Source: Octopus vulgaris | Lineage: Eukaryota | Length of the DNA: 64,000 bases | Reading direction: 5' to 3' | Assembly: GCA_951406725.2 (NCBI GenBank) | Contig: OX597820.1 | Coordinates: 110,050,001-110,114,000 of the forward strand | In this document: positions 16,400 to 29,440 of the stretch, piece after piece | Layout: every line of letters starts with the position of its first letter | How positions within the stretch are numbered: the first letter of the stretch is position 1 | Notes under the pieces: generated by a model | Databases searched by the model: none | Told to the model about the DNA's origin: nothing | What the model saw: only the letters and a program-made list of their open reading frames with translations | Position numbers and translations under genes: made by a program

Positions 16400-18059
16400 G
16401 CCTACAGACTCTAAGCAATATCTTCCATTCAATTCATGCCACCCTAGACACACCAGGATGAATATCCCCTTCAACCTAGCAAAAAGGATATGCACTATAG
16501 TCTCGAACGCAAACACCAGAGACACACGACTACAAGAACTAAAAGATACCCTTATCACCAGGAACTATCCACCTTCACTTATTGACAAGTGCATTCAACG
16601 TGCCCTTCAACTTAACATCAAGGAACTGAGACATCCCAAATCAAAGAAAAACTTACAACCAAAAGCCTTACCATACATCTCCACACACAACCCTCTTAAT
16701 AACAAAGCCTTCGGCACCATCCTCCACAACATACCCCTCCTAAAAAAGACCACAGAATGAACACAATCCTCCAAACACACACGATCATAAAAAGCAAGAG
16801 ACAGCCTAAATCCATGAAAAGTCTCCTAACACAAGCCCGAATTCACTCTTCAACACAGAAGCCGACAGTAAAAAAATGTGGAAGACCCAATTGCGGGATA
16901 TGCGACTATCTAATTGAGGGATCAGAGTTCTCCTTCAAACAGGGACAACGGTTTACAGTGAAAAGCAACTTCACATGTGCTTCGGAGAATCTAATATACT
17001 CACTAACCTGCTCCGGGTGTCAAGAGCAGTACATAGGCCAAACAAAAAATAGTTTGCGTAAACAAATGGCCCTGCACAGATCCCAGATAAAAATTCCCCA
17101 AAACAGAAAAATAGCTTTTAGCCAACACATAGATACTTGCGCCAACAAAAAAACACCAAGCTTCAGGATTTTCCCCCTCTACCAATTTAGGGACGATACA
17201 ACCTCGAAACAACGAATAAGTAAAGAAACTCTCTTTATTGCAAAATACAGGCCACTTCTTAACGGGTCTACGACAAACAATTAATATACCTCAACTTTAG
17301 AATAAAAGAAATATTCACACACAAATATTACATTCCAAAGAATCCATTACTAATCACAGCTAAAATCACAGCTATAATCCATAACATGCCAACTTCAAGT
17401 CATACAACACCTCACTACTTTAACCCATTCATATTCTCCCTTCTCTGTTTTTTCTTCTTCTTCCTCTTCTTCTTCATCATCATCATTATTATCATCATCA
17501 TCGTCATCATAATCATCACCACCATCACCATCATCTTCTCCTTCTCCTTCTTCTTCATCATCATCATCATCATCATCAACATCGTCATCTTCTTCTTCTT
17601 CTTCTTCTACTTCTCCACCTTCCACCCCTTAACTTTGTCACTAATGTTTTTTAGTATAACACCTAAGCAAATTCTATAAACAAGCCTTTCAAAAGAAATA
17701 TTCTCCTGAATTGAACTGGGACTGCCAGCCGCCACTGACCATTCAAAATATGACTATCAGGGCACTCCCAGATTCTCCCACCCCCTTTCCTCATCAGCCT
17801 TCTTCCTCTACTACCCTACCAAGAACTCACAATGACCTCCAACACACAAGTGTAAACAAGGGAGTCAGAGAAAGGCAGAATGCCACTTATATCTGAACAC
17901 TACTATAGAAATATTCCTTTAAAAAAACTTTTCTTCTAATTTTTCTAAATTTAATTTTTTAATCGTTACAGTTGAAAAGGTCTCAAAATGACCGAAACCG
18001 GTACTGAAATGTTCACTATAAAATTATTTTAGCATTTTCTATTTTCGACTTGTTTTTTC

Positions 18060-18060
<1 letters not shown>
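16400..18060 (+). mobile_element. 5'-truncated Neptune-type Penelope-like element (RT thumb, Cys linker, GIY-YIG, 3' UTR)
   Basis: [32 protein letters not shown]; KKCGRPNCGIC; NLIYSLTCSGCQEQYIGQT; one frameshift near 16750; stop at 17284. Confidence 0.92.
17969..18006 (+). ncRNA. Minimal hammerhead ribozyme with a U3-A8 compensatory core
   Basis: CAG-TTGAAAA-GGTC-tcaaaat-GACC-GAAA-ccgg-TA-CTG, at the 3' end of the Neptune-type PLE. Confidence 0.72.
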
Positions 18061-18097
<37 letters not shown>

Positions 18098-18616
18098 ATG
18101 TATGGACATATATATGGGTAGATATTGACACATATGTTTTTGCATGTAGTATGGCCTTTACTGGTGTTGGTATTATGTTTTTTTCATTTTTAAACTATGA
18201 TGTATAATTGCTTGTGGGGTTATATATATATGTGTATGTATATAAGTATATACTCCCTATATGCTTGTATTTGTTTATATGGATATGGAGTGGTATAGGT
18301 ATGTTGGTGTGCATTTACATCTATGTATATACTCCTTTCGTTAGTATTAATCTGATTGGAACTACTAATATTTGCTCTCTGTATCTGATTGGAACTACTA
18401 ATATTTGCTCTCTGTATCAATGTTTCATTGTAGACATACTTATTAGGGTTAATTTTGTAGGCAGCTGTATATTTATTGATGCAGAAATGTAGATGCATGA
18501 ATTTACGTGTATGGATTAGTGTGTATGTATGTATGTTTGTTTGTGTATGTATATGTGTTTGTTTATGCGGATTGTAAGAGGGAATATGTATATATGCATA
18601 AATGTATATGTATGTA

Positions 18617-18661
<45 letters not shown>

Positions 18662-18759
18662 GTGTATGTGGATATGTATTTATATATTTATTTACAGTAC
18701 ACGATGGTTTTCTCATCCACATTTATGTATGTATATTCCCTGACGAAGAATGTACCCCC

Positions 18760-20980
18760 CAGCATAGTCTAGTCATTAGTGATTTTAGACTTCAAGCCAG
18801 AAGGGCACCAAGAAAAGACCAATCTGAAAAAGAAGAATCTGGATGCTTAAAGATCTTTTGAATAGTCAGAGATTTAGGGACACCCGATTGAGAAATTTGA
18901 CAAGAAAGTGGAAGAACTACAGACATGTAACATAGAGGAGAACTGAGAATTCCTACAGGATAGTTTGCTGAGTGCCACAGACCAAATCTGAAGCTGGTGC
19001 AAAGTCCCATCCAGTCTGAGGGTGACGTGGTGGTCAGGTATATTTAGCCAGGGAAGTAGCTGAAAAGAAGAAGTTTGCCAATGTTCTGTAATGTGGCTAC
19101 CTAAAACTTGAAGCGTTTTGGATTACAAGACAGTGATGAGAGAAAATTGTGATGTTATAGGAGAGAAATGTGTCCGCATAGATGATGGTTCACTTGCATT
19201 TAATGATTCTGCAAAGAAAGAGGCTTGGAAGCACCATTATGAAAGTCATCTAAATGTTGACCCCAACTGAAGGACCAGCAATCCAAATCAAGTTCCTTGG
19301 TAGATAAAGCAATTAAAGATATGAAGACCAGGAAAGACCCCAGTCCATCAAGGATCATTACTCTTTACTCTTTTACTCTTTTCAGTCATTTGACTGCAGC
19401 CATGCTGGAGCACTGCCTTTAATCGAGGAAATCAACCCCCAGGACTTATTCTTTGTAAGCCTAGTACTTATTCTATCGGTCTCTTTTGCCGAACTGCTAG
19501 GTTACGGGGATGTAAACACACCAACATCGGTTGTCAAGCGATGTTTGGGGGACAAACACAGACACACAAACATATACACACATGCATACATATATATACA
19601 TATATACGACGGATTTCTTTCAGTTTCCGTCTACCAAATCCACTCACAAGGCTTTGGTCGGCCCGAGGCTATAGTAGAAGATACTTGCCCAAGGTGCCAC
19701 GCAGTGGGACTGAACCCGGAACCATGTGGTTGGTAAGCAAGCTACTTACCACACAGCCACTCATTGCTGAGATGCTTAAAATATCTAGCAGTATAGGTTA
19801 TGGTCTAGTCACCTGTATAGTTAACCAGGTGGTACACGAAGGAGTCATACACAATGACTGGTGTAGCAGCACCATAGTCAACTGCTACAAAGGTAAAGGT
19901 GACACCTTAGATAGAAATAATTATAGAGATATCATGTTGTTGGATCAGGTGGTGAAAGTCACAGAGAGGGTCATTGCTCAACTAATTAAGGAAAGAGTTA
20001 GTCTAGACACAGTGTGGTTTTGTGCCAGGTAGAAGTGCTACCGATGCTATATTTCTGGTAAGACAGCTGCAGGAGAAATACATAGCCAAAGATAAGCCTA
20101 TGTACTTGGCTTTTGTTGACATGGAGAAAGTCTTTGACAGGGTCCCCCGATCCCTTATCTGATGGTCAATGTGGAAACTAGGGATAGACAATTGGTTGGT
20201 GAGAGCTGTACAAGCCATGTACAGGGATGCTATAGTAGGGTGATGGTTTGCAACGAGTATAGCAAAGAATTCAGGGTACAAGTGCATATGAGGCATAAAT
20301 GTAGTGTGTAAGAGAGACAACTGTGTTGGGATGGTCATGTGATGCATATGGATGTGGACAGCTGTGTGAAGAGGTGCCAATCTGTACAAGTGGAAGGAAG
20401 CTGTGGAAGAGGGAGACCCAAGAAGACATGGGATGAGGTGGTAAAGCATGATCTTTGAACCCTGGGCCTCATGGAGGCAATGACTTGTGACTGAGACATG
20501 CTGTGCTTGTAAAGATCTATGAAACCAAATGAAATCATAATTGTGGCCATTGTCAGCATCACATAACAGGCACCCATGCCAGTGGCATGTAAAAAGCACT
20601 ATTGGGCCTCATGGAGGCAATGTAGCCAATGCTGGTGTCACAGAACTAGTAACTGTGCTGGTGGCATTTGAAAAGCACCTTTCAAGCACTGGGCTTCACA
20701 GAGACAATAACAAATGACTGAGACCTTTGGCAATATGCTATGCTTGAGAAGGAAGATCCATCAAGCCGAGTGAAATCATATTCATGGCAGATACTGGTGT
20801 CACATAACCTATGCTAGTGGCTTGTCAAAGCACCCATTACACTCTTGGAGTGGTTGGTGTTAGAAAGGACCCCCAGCCATAGAAACCATGCCAAATAGAC
20901 TGGAATCTGGTGCAGTCCTGATCAATCCATCCGACCCATGCCAGCATGGACAACAGACGTTAAATGATGATGATGAGGAT
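18760..20980 (+). mobile_element. Decayed RTE-clade LINE interrupted by a SINE, ending in a (GAT)n tail
   Basis: AEMLK...NDWCSSTIVNCYKGKGDTLDRNNYR; FCARRSATDAIFLVRQLQEKY; AFVDMEKVFDRVP; GRGRPKKTW. Confidence 0.9.
19360..19762 (-). mobile_element. tRNA-derived SINE (cephalopod-type, CORE-like body)
   Basis: Reverse complement has the head GAGTGGCTGTGTGGTAAG...GGTTCAGTCCC, then CACCTTGGGCAAGT, and a LINE-like tail. Several copies occur in the window. Confidence 0.88.
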
Positions 20981-21396
20981 GATAATACACAGATATATAC
21001 ATAGCTATGCATACAATAACTCACAGATGTCCATACATGTATGTGTACACTTACAAGCAGCACATCTAATATATTTTCAACTGATCCACATTTGTTACAC
21101 AATTACATAAGCATAAAGGGTTCATAAAATCAGGGCAAATGGGCACCAGAAGGAAAAGAGTAAAAACCAAAGGCAAAGTAAATAAATCAAATGATGAATG
21201 ACTCTCCATATCAAATGAATAATCAGTTTAAATAAAGAGATATACAATAAAAATATTTTAAATTTACAAAATAAAAGACATAAGAGTACAGTCAATAAAG
21301 AGTTAAAATACAAAATAAACACATATATATATGTAAAAAAGAAAAAGTTATTAAAATTTATCAAGGTAAAAAATATAAAGAAAATATTAATATATA

Positions 21397-24135
21397 TCAG
21401 GTCATTATGAATGAAATGTCCAATTTTGAACTGAAAGTTTATTTTACTTTATCTGAACAAAAAGCAATGCAGCTAATCAAAGTATGCATCTAAATTATCA
21501 ACACAATTTTGCCATTTTTTTGGTAGCTTATTTACGCCAGCAGTAAAGAATTCTGGAGAGCAAGAGGTGGTGAAATCACGGAAGGCTCTTTTGCATCTTC
21601 AGATTTGAAGTTTTTTCCTTGCAAAAAGTTGTTTAATGCCTGGAAAGCATGATAGTCAGTTGGTGCAAGGTCTGGTGAATATGGTGGATGACCGAGTACT
21701 TCCAAGTTCAGTTCCTGTAACTTGAGTAGTGTTCTTTGTGCAACATTGTCTTGCAAGAGAATTAGCCTACTTCTTTTGACCAATCTCGGTTGTTTACCAT
21801 AAAACCCCATGTAATTTGAACACCTGTGTAATTTACAGAGGTGATTTTCAGGATAAAAATTGTTTAAAGAAGCTTTTACTTGTGTAAAATTTGCATCCAA
21901 AAGTTCTCATAATTGCCAATATGGCCAGGGGAAAAAGGTTTTCAATTTAGTTGTATTTAGCATAATTTCACTTACTTATTAGATTTTTTAAAATTTTCAT
22001 CAAATAAAAAAATGATTTCTATTTAACAAGTATCACATTGAAAACTATTAAATTATGAAGTGTCTGTGTTGTCTATAATAAACTTTATTTTACGTTTCTT
22101 GCCCACAAGAGATTATGTATGATTTTTAGCATACTTCTGTATGTCTTCTCAAATCATGATCACAGAAAAAGTTGTTGATAATTCTTATCAACAAAAACAA
22201 AGCTGATAAATACGCACAAGTGTTGCAAAATAAATTTAATTACTAATAAACATCAGCTTGGATGACACTTTACTCAACCGACAGAGGAAAGTGACTGATC
22301 AAACTGAATTCTGATTAGTTGAAAGTGTCTTCCTGTCTCAATCTCTGATTTTCTGTTTATTCTTGTCAGAACCTTTGATACAGAGTATCGAAATTTTAAT
22401 CCCATACACACTTATAAAATGTCAAGCAAACTTTAAAATTTGTCATTACTGTTTTAGCCGGGAGATCAAACTGACAGTTTGGTAGCCCGCTAAAATAAAC
22501 ATTAAAAATCAAAAGGAGAAAATAAACAGCTTTTCAAGTTTAACTCAGTGTTTATGGAACAAGAGAGGTGCGAAATTTAAGCAGCGACTTGTTAGAATAT
22601 ACACGTCCCTGAGGAGACATGAACAAGAATAGCAAAAATCTACTAAACCAAAAGACCAGGTAATACATACATTGCAAGTGTCCTATGAAGAGAACTGCAT
22701 AATTCAAAATAAATGTGAAGCAATATTAAACATTGTATAAGGTAAATGAAGGTTTCTGTAGGAATGCTAAGTGATATTCACTTAGTGAGGAGTTTACGTG
22801 TGCAAGGATGAATTATGATGTTGCTGTTAGGTGCAGTAATAGCTGGTAGTGACGATGTTGGTGGTGATGAATTTCATTGTCCTAACGCAGAGAAAGTGAG
22901 CAATAGCTTCCTGGAGGCAAATGCAAGCTAGACTTCTTAAGTGGAAAAAAACTTAACTGTTTAAGGAAATTGCTGGGCTCCATTGTGATAGGACTGTCAT
23001 TACCAGCATGAATGTCAAACTTCAAAAAGTAGTTAACTATTTAATGGTTTTAGTAAATTTATACAGAAAAAGTAAGCATTATACCTTCCAGCATAAATAA
23101 AAGTCAACTTCATTATATTTTTTCTGTAAAAACCTATTATTACATTAAATGAGTCAACTTCCTGTTTGACTGCTTACATTTGTACGTCATTTTTCAAAAA
23201 AAGAAAATTTCTAAAAAAGATTCTAGAAACGATCTACTCATGTAGTTTACGCATCCCCTAAAGCTTATTTTTGTTTTTGTGAAAAAAGTGCATAAATTAC
23301 ATGGGTTTTTATGGTAATTGCAAGCTCACTCATCGTTTCATTCAATTGGTTACTGTAAACGTTAACTGTAATTAACTTACCAGGTGTCATGAAGCTGTAG
23401 TGGATGACACCAGCACTGGACCACCAAACAGACACCATTGGTTTTTTTTTGGTGAATATTCTTTTTTGGATTGTATTTTGGCACTTCGTCTCAATTCAAC
23501 CACCATGCAGAACATTTACTATTATTGAAAAGAATCCATTTTTCATCACATGTAACAATACAATGGCTTGCATTTTGTTCGTGATAGCAAAGAATAGCAA
23601 GTTTCAAGATGATGTGTCATTTGATGCTCGTTCTGTTCGTGTGGTACCCACTTGTCCAGCTTCTTTACCTTGCTGATTTGTTTCCAATACAGTTGGAATC
23701 AAAACATCAAACCTTGCTGTTAACTCACACATAGTTTGAGATGTATCCGATTCCACTACAGTTTCCAGCTCATCATTATCCACCTTGGTCTCAGGTCTAC
23801 CATGGGGATGATTTTCAAGAGTAAAGTCACCAGAATGGAACTTCTCAAACCCAATGTACAGTGTCTTATTTGCTGCATCTTCACCAAACACCTTGTTGAT
23901 GTTTCAAGCTGTCATATTCATAAACAACACAAATTTTTTATCCATCCATGGGTTCACAAAAATTGATTTACAAGAGAAAACTCACAATATAATCAGACAC
24001 CATGTATTGCATTTCAAAAAGTGATGTAACTCTTCAATGTTGTAAAACAAAGACTTGTCAAGATAAAACATTAGAGTTAACGACTGTCAAACTTGGTGCA
24101 TAAGAAAATTGAACATTTCATTCTTAATGACCTGA
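21397..24135 (-). mobile_element. Decayed mariner (DD34D-type) transposon carrying a nested 1.5-kb insertion
   Basis: TIRs TCAGGTCATTA.GAATGAAATGT.CAATTTT at both ends in TA context; HTH region 23604-23891; VTCDEKW; QDN...HPPYSPDLAPTDY at 21532-21790. Confidence 0.9.
21797..23314. mobile_element. Non-autonomous TIR DNA transposon (Tc1/mariner/pogo superfamily) nested in the mariner
   Basis: TIR CCATAAAA(C/A)CCCATGTAATTT at both ends with TA duplication (21795-96 and 23315-16). The mariner reading frame rejoins across it. Confidence 0.85.
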
Positions 24136-24271
24136 TATATCATCATCATTATCATCATCATCACCATCGTTTAATGTCCACTTTCCATGCTGGCAGGGGT
24201 TGGACGGTTTGACTGCAGCAGGCTCCAATCTGATCTGGCATGGTTTCTGCAGCTGGATGCCTTCCTAATGC

Positions 24272-24495
24272 CAGTGAGCTGGCAGAACCGTTAGCATGCT
24301 GGATTGAGTGCTTAGCGGTATTTCGTCTGCCATTACACTCAAAGTTCTAATTCCACTGAAGTTGACTTTGCCTTTCATCCTTTCGGGGTCAATTAAATAA
24401 ATACTAGTCAAGCACTAGGGTCAATGTAATCAACTTAATCCCTTTGTCCTGGTTTGTCCCCTGTATGTTTAACCCCCTGTAGGCAATAAAGAAAT
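24272..24495 (+). mobile_element. Second SINE family (further partial copies near 29955-30145, 30190-30400 and 57190-57250)
   Basis: GAGCTGGCAGAA..GTTAGCA...TTGACTTTGCCTTTCATCCTTTCGGGGTC...AAGTACCAG body, repeated in the window. Confidence 0.75.
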
Positions 24496-24899
24496 ATATT
24501 ATTATATGCCTCATAGCCAATATTACTACCGATTTTGACATTGTTGTGAGTTTTGATATTAATGGTTATTTAGTTACCATGGTTGCTAATAAAGACTTTG
24601 TTTACCTTATTTGTGCTGCCATCATCATTACTAATACCAAGACCATCAATCACCACGTTATGATTTACCCCACTAGGAATTTTATAACATCATTATAGTC
24701 ACTAGATGGTGGGTTAGGGAGTACTAAAACAGTAGCTTGGTTAGCAGTATCATTAAGTACATTCAAAGTACTTACACTATTTGGTATTGCAACAGATGGC
24801 AGTACAAATTCGGATGTAGGAAGGCAAGACCCTGATTCAGCTGAAAGTAGGTCATGACTCCTGCCGGTTTGTATACTCAAGTGATAATCTAATACTGTC

Positions 24900-26165
24900 A
24901 TTATTTACAGTTCTAAATTGTCCACCATCACTACTACTTCTACTAAGTCCAATGCCATTTCTAACATTAGTACTATAATTAGAAGTAGAGCTATTACTGG
25001 GACACTTCGAATGTGTTACTCTTGTTATTAATATTCATATTTCCAATTTTTACTGCTATTTTATAGTTACGGGCTAATGCAATATTTCTTTTATACAGAC
25101 CTACCATTATCATGCCTAGCTTTGGGTGGGTAGAGTACAAACCCCTAATTTTCCTGCTAGAGAATATATGGCTGTTTCTGTGAGTGGGTGAAATTCTTTC
25201 CTAATATCTGGAATAGTTTATTATAGATATTTGTTGCTATTGCATAATTGAAAGGGGGGATCGAAGCAGATTACATCATCATTGCTTTGTCCGTTATAGT
25301 AATGTCTACTAGAATTCCTGAACTTACAGTTGATTCTTAACCTATGTAATATATCCTTATTTTTATTACTATTATTATTGCCACTGTTAATATTAATATT
25401 TTAGCACTCATATTCACCTTGTTGTCAATGGTGTTATTACTATCATCTATTTTACCTCCGTTATTTAAATATTTATAGTTGTAATTTTTACCATGAATTG
25501 TATTACCACTGCTAAAATCATTTCTACCCGATTAAATTTCTGGTCAATTTAGCCTTATGTTCTTTGGTGTCATATCTATACAGTTTAAGCAAGTCATTGC
25601 ATTAGTTAATATTGCTAATACCTAGTATCACCTCAGATTCAGATTTACCATTACTTAGTTGTTGATTTACTAATGTACCACAATAGGTTGCCCTATCAGC
25701 CATGGGAGCAAACAGAATATTTTGCTTATAGTCTACTTTAGACAGATCAGAGTTATAATAATGGGCATTTATTAAATACATCCACACTAGCATAGAGCTG
25801 TGTTATCCTATCAGATATTCCCTTTACCAATGATTTTATCACACAAGAGTGATGATTGGATAATTGGTTAATACACGTAGTAATTTCATGCGGTTTTCCA
25901 TAGGGGTAATACAAACCAGATTTAAGGTCTAGTGTTATACCTAAGAAATTGACTATTGTATTCAAAAGTTAATTCTAGGTAATAATTTAAAAAAAAATAA
26001 TTTACTATTATTAGAGATAACAAATAAAGTGTCACCCCTGTACATACCACTATGAAGATTAGGAAATATATTCTTGAGACAGTGTAGGAGGTTAGATACC
26101 AATGAGATCAGTGACCTGGGCCAGATTACTAGATCCCATGGCAATATCAAAATTGTTGGTGATGT
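24900..26165 (-). mobile_element. Decayed Naiad-type PLE (RT motif C, thumb and linker)
   Basis: GMYRGD (YRDD-like); VNFLGITLDLKSGLYYPYGKP...SNH; VICFDPPFN...TNI. Confidence 0.8.
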
Positions 26166-26879
26166 CAAACTACACTTTCAATCCTCAAAATGCATGAGGA
26201 CAAATATATTTGTGAATTACTAACATCACGCCCTGGAGAAATGAATGAAATGACAGGTGAATTTACACAACTAAACATTCTTCTTCTTATTTTTCTTTCT
26301 TTTTTCTTCTTTTTCCTTTTACCAGTTATGAAGGTAAAAACTGATGATGCCATTCTATCTAAATAGGAACACAGGATCTCCTCATATTTTGAACCTGAAG
26401 AAGACAGTAAATCTGTTGAAATATTGTTCAAACTGTTAAATAAACGATCTATTACAAATTGCATCATGCTCTTCTTATTGTCTATTTACTTTGTGAAGAG
26501 TTACATCAATCTTTATAAATTAGTAATAATGTACCTTAACAGTATTGTTGTTATTATTCAACATTTGATTGTTTCAAGCAAATTTCTACTTCATCACTTG
26601 TTACCCCTCCATATTCTTGAGGTGCGTGCAGCATTGTGTGTTCTCGTTTTTGTTGGTGCTGCAGGAGTACAGACTCTTTCCTGCATTGTGCTGCATTTGT
26701 TATGGAGTTTGGCTTGAGTCTTTTGTTGTATTAGTGTTTGTATTGTGTGTAATATGGGTTGTGTTCTGTTTAGTATCTGATCTATAGAGTATTAGTTATG
26801 GGGCTTGTTTATTTTATTACATATCTACTGTGTTGAGTGCATCTTGTGTTTGTGGATTATTTTATTTGGGTTGTGCTAT

Positions 26880-29440
26880 TGAATTGGTAGTATCTTGCTT
26901 AGGATACGGCCTATTCCTTGTCAGGATATTTTTTGGTTAATGTATAGTGTTGTGGGTCCAGGTATGACTTCTACATTTTTTATCACACCTAATGCTTCAG
27001 TTATTACTTGTAGTGTTGGCATATTGCCCAGTGGATATAACCACTTAATTATGTCTGTATATATCAAAGGCAACTCCGGGTCATCAATGTCACTTGGGCT
27101 CATCACAGATTTCGTCACTCTGGCTCATCGCAGATTTTGCATAAGACATGGCTGCTCAAAGAATTTCATGTTTTTCTGCAGCATTTCTAGCCCCAAATGG
27201 CTTATTTCTTATATCTAGCACTATGTCTTTCTCCATTTCTAAGTTAAGGGTAAAAATAAAGCAACCCTGCAAAACACAACTGAACAGATGCACAGAATAA
27301 CAGCAATCGAATAACGACAGCAGAGTGCACAACAAACATCAGTGATCTGACTGGCCAGTACTCTTGACAAGAGATGCCAGTTGGTCGTTTACACCTACCA
27401 GGCTCGTTTGTATTAACCTAAGTTGCTAAATAATTTTTCGTTCCTTTAAGAATATTTTAGAACAGAAACTTTTCATAGATTGGAATTTAAATCCTAATCT
27501 CTATAGAAATTTATTGTTTCAAGAAAACATTGAATTTGAATTACTTTTAATTTTTATGATTATAGATAACAACTCAAGCTATAACTTCTGAGTCCAAGTC
27601 AGGTGTGTGTGAAGTGAATGATGTTGAGAGAACATCTGCTACAAATGGTATTTTTTGACACAGAGCATCTCTAAGACAACCGCCAGATGCTAAATGAAAA
27701 TAAATGAGTTGTGATTATGGCTGAAATTACATAGTTGAAGTTGATGTTGGCAGAAATTAAATGAGCTTGCAAATACACATTCACTTCACTAAATTTATAC
27801 TTGGGCTAAGCCTGAACAGCTGGAGTGCCGGTGTCACTACTGGTATATATATATTCAGATTTGGCTAGAACTGAATTGCCAGAGATGATGTGGTCAACAG
27901 TCTCATTGTGCTGGTTGCACATTTTGCATTTGGTGTTGGGGCTTGTTTTCATTATTTTGCTTTTATAGTTGTTTGTGATCAGGCATTGGTCTTGTGTAGC
28001 AAGAATCAGTCCTGTTTTTGCTTTTAATTCAGAGCTTTTGAGCCATTGTTGGCTTTGACTTAGGCTCACTTCTTCTCATGTCAAGTCTTGTGGTGTATTG
28101 ACCAAGGAATTATATTTTTCTCTTCATTTCTTCTTTTGTATGTTTTGTAGTTCTGTTTTCATGTTGTTTTCTTTGTCTCTTTTATCATTTCAGTCATGTT
28201 GTCATCTGAGATTTGTGTTTCAGTTAGTATTTTATTGCCTCCCTGCATATAGAGAAAAGTGTTTTCTTTTTTAGTGTTACTTTATTACATGTAGTAGCTA
28301 TCCATTTTTTGTTTTTAAGTATTTTTCTAGTCCAATAGTTGTTATTTTATAGTAGTTCTCTATTTGTATCAGGCCACAACCTCCTTCTGAGCAGAGAAGA
28401 TATATTCTGTCTGTGTCTGCTTTGGGGCAGTGACTCTGCTATACTACTAATAGTTTCCTGGTTTTTCTAGGTTTCTCAATTCACCAATCTTCAATGTTTA
28501 TTATGTTGAAGCTGTAATTTATGACTGGTACAGCAAACGTGTTTATCCCTATTTTCTTATTTTTAACATCAAGTTCAGTGTTTAATATTATTTTAACTCT
28601 TCTGTAATTTTCTCTTCTAATTTTCTCTTTCATTTCTGTGTGTTGTATTTTAGCTATTTCATTTATTCCTAGAAATTTATATAGGCAATTATGACCTAAT
28701 TGTCTGATTTCTGTGTCTATGTTGAGTGCAATGCTTTCAGTGCTGATTAATTTGCCTCTTCTCAATGTTGCTTTGTCATACTTGTCCAATCCTATGCTCA
28801 TCCTGATCTCCTTTCTGAAACTATGGACAATTTTAAAAATATTTTTTGTTCAGTGTTTTTTTTAGTGAAATTTTTAAAGTCATCCATATCATTTGTAACC
28901 CATGGTAGTTTCATTTAACAAGTCTGTTAATGTGGTCAGAGCAAAGCAGAAAAGCAGTGGGGACCAGGATTCTCTTTGGAAAAGGTCAGGTTTTAATGGC
29001 TTTTATCTCATTTTTCAATGTTATGTTGGCTGATATATTTTAGTAGTGTGGGAGCTATTTTATTTGTGTGGAGAGACTCCAGTATCCATGAGTGTGAAAC
29101 ACTGTCACATGCCTTCTGGCAGTCAGTACAGATCAGGCTGAGGTTTATTTTTGTCTTTCTACAGTCCTCTATAATGGATCCATTCACCAGTAGCTGCTCT
29201 TTACAGCCATACATCTCTTTCCAGCATCTCTTTTGTTTCTGGTAAAACACTGTTCTTTTCCAGGTGTGTTACAGATTGGTTATAGATAACTGATGTGAGG
29301 GTTTTATAAGTTGTTGATAGGCATGTTATTAGCCTATAATTTTGTTGGTGTATGATATTTTTGGTATTAGAATGGTTTTCCCTTCCAGTATCCAGTTCAG
29401 TGTTCATCCGGCTTGCTTATTATCAAGTTAAATACTGCTG
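26880..29440 (-). mobile_element. Decayed R4/Dong-like restriction-endonuclease-type non-LTR element, interrupted at about 27060-27845
   Basis: NYRLITCLSTTYKTLT; GCKEQLL; DCQKACDSVSHSWI; YKFLGI; WLKSSELK..GLILATQDQ; KCKMCNQHNETVDHIISG; ALGVIK. Confidence 0.85.

Noticed and set aside
18738-18760. CTGACGA hammerhead half
   Set aside because: No stem II or GAAA follows; it appears truncated by the RTE insertion.
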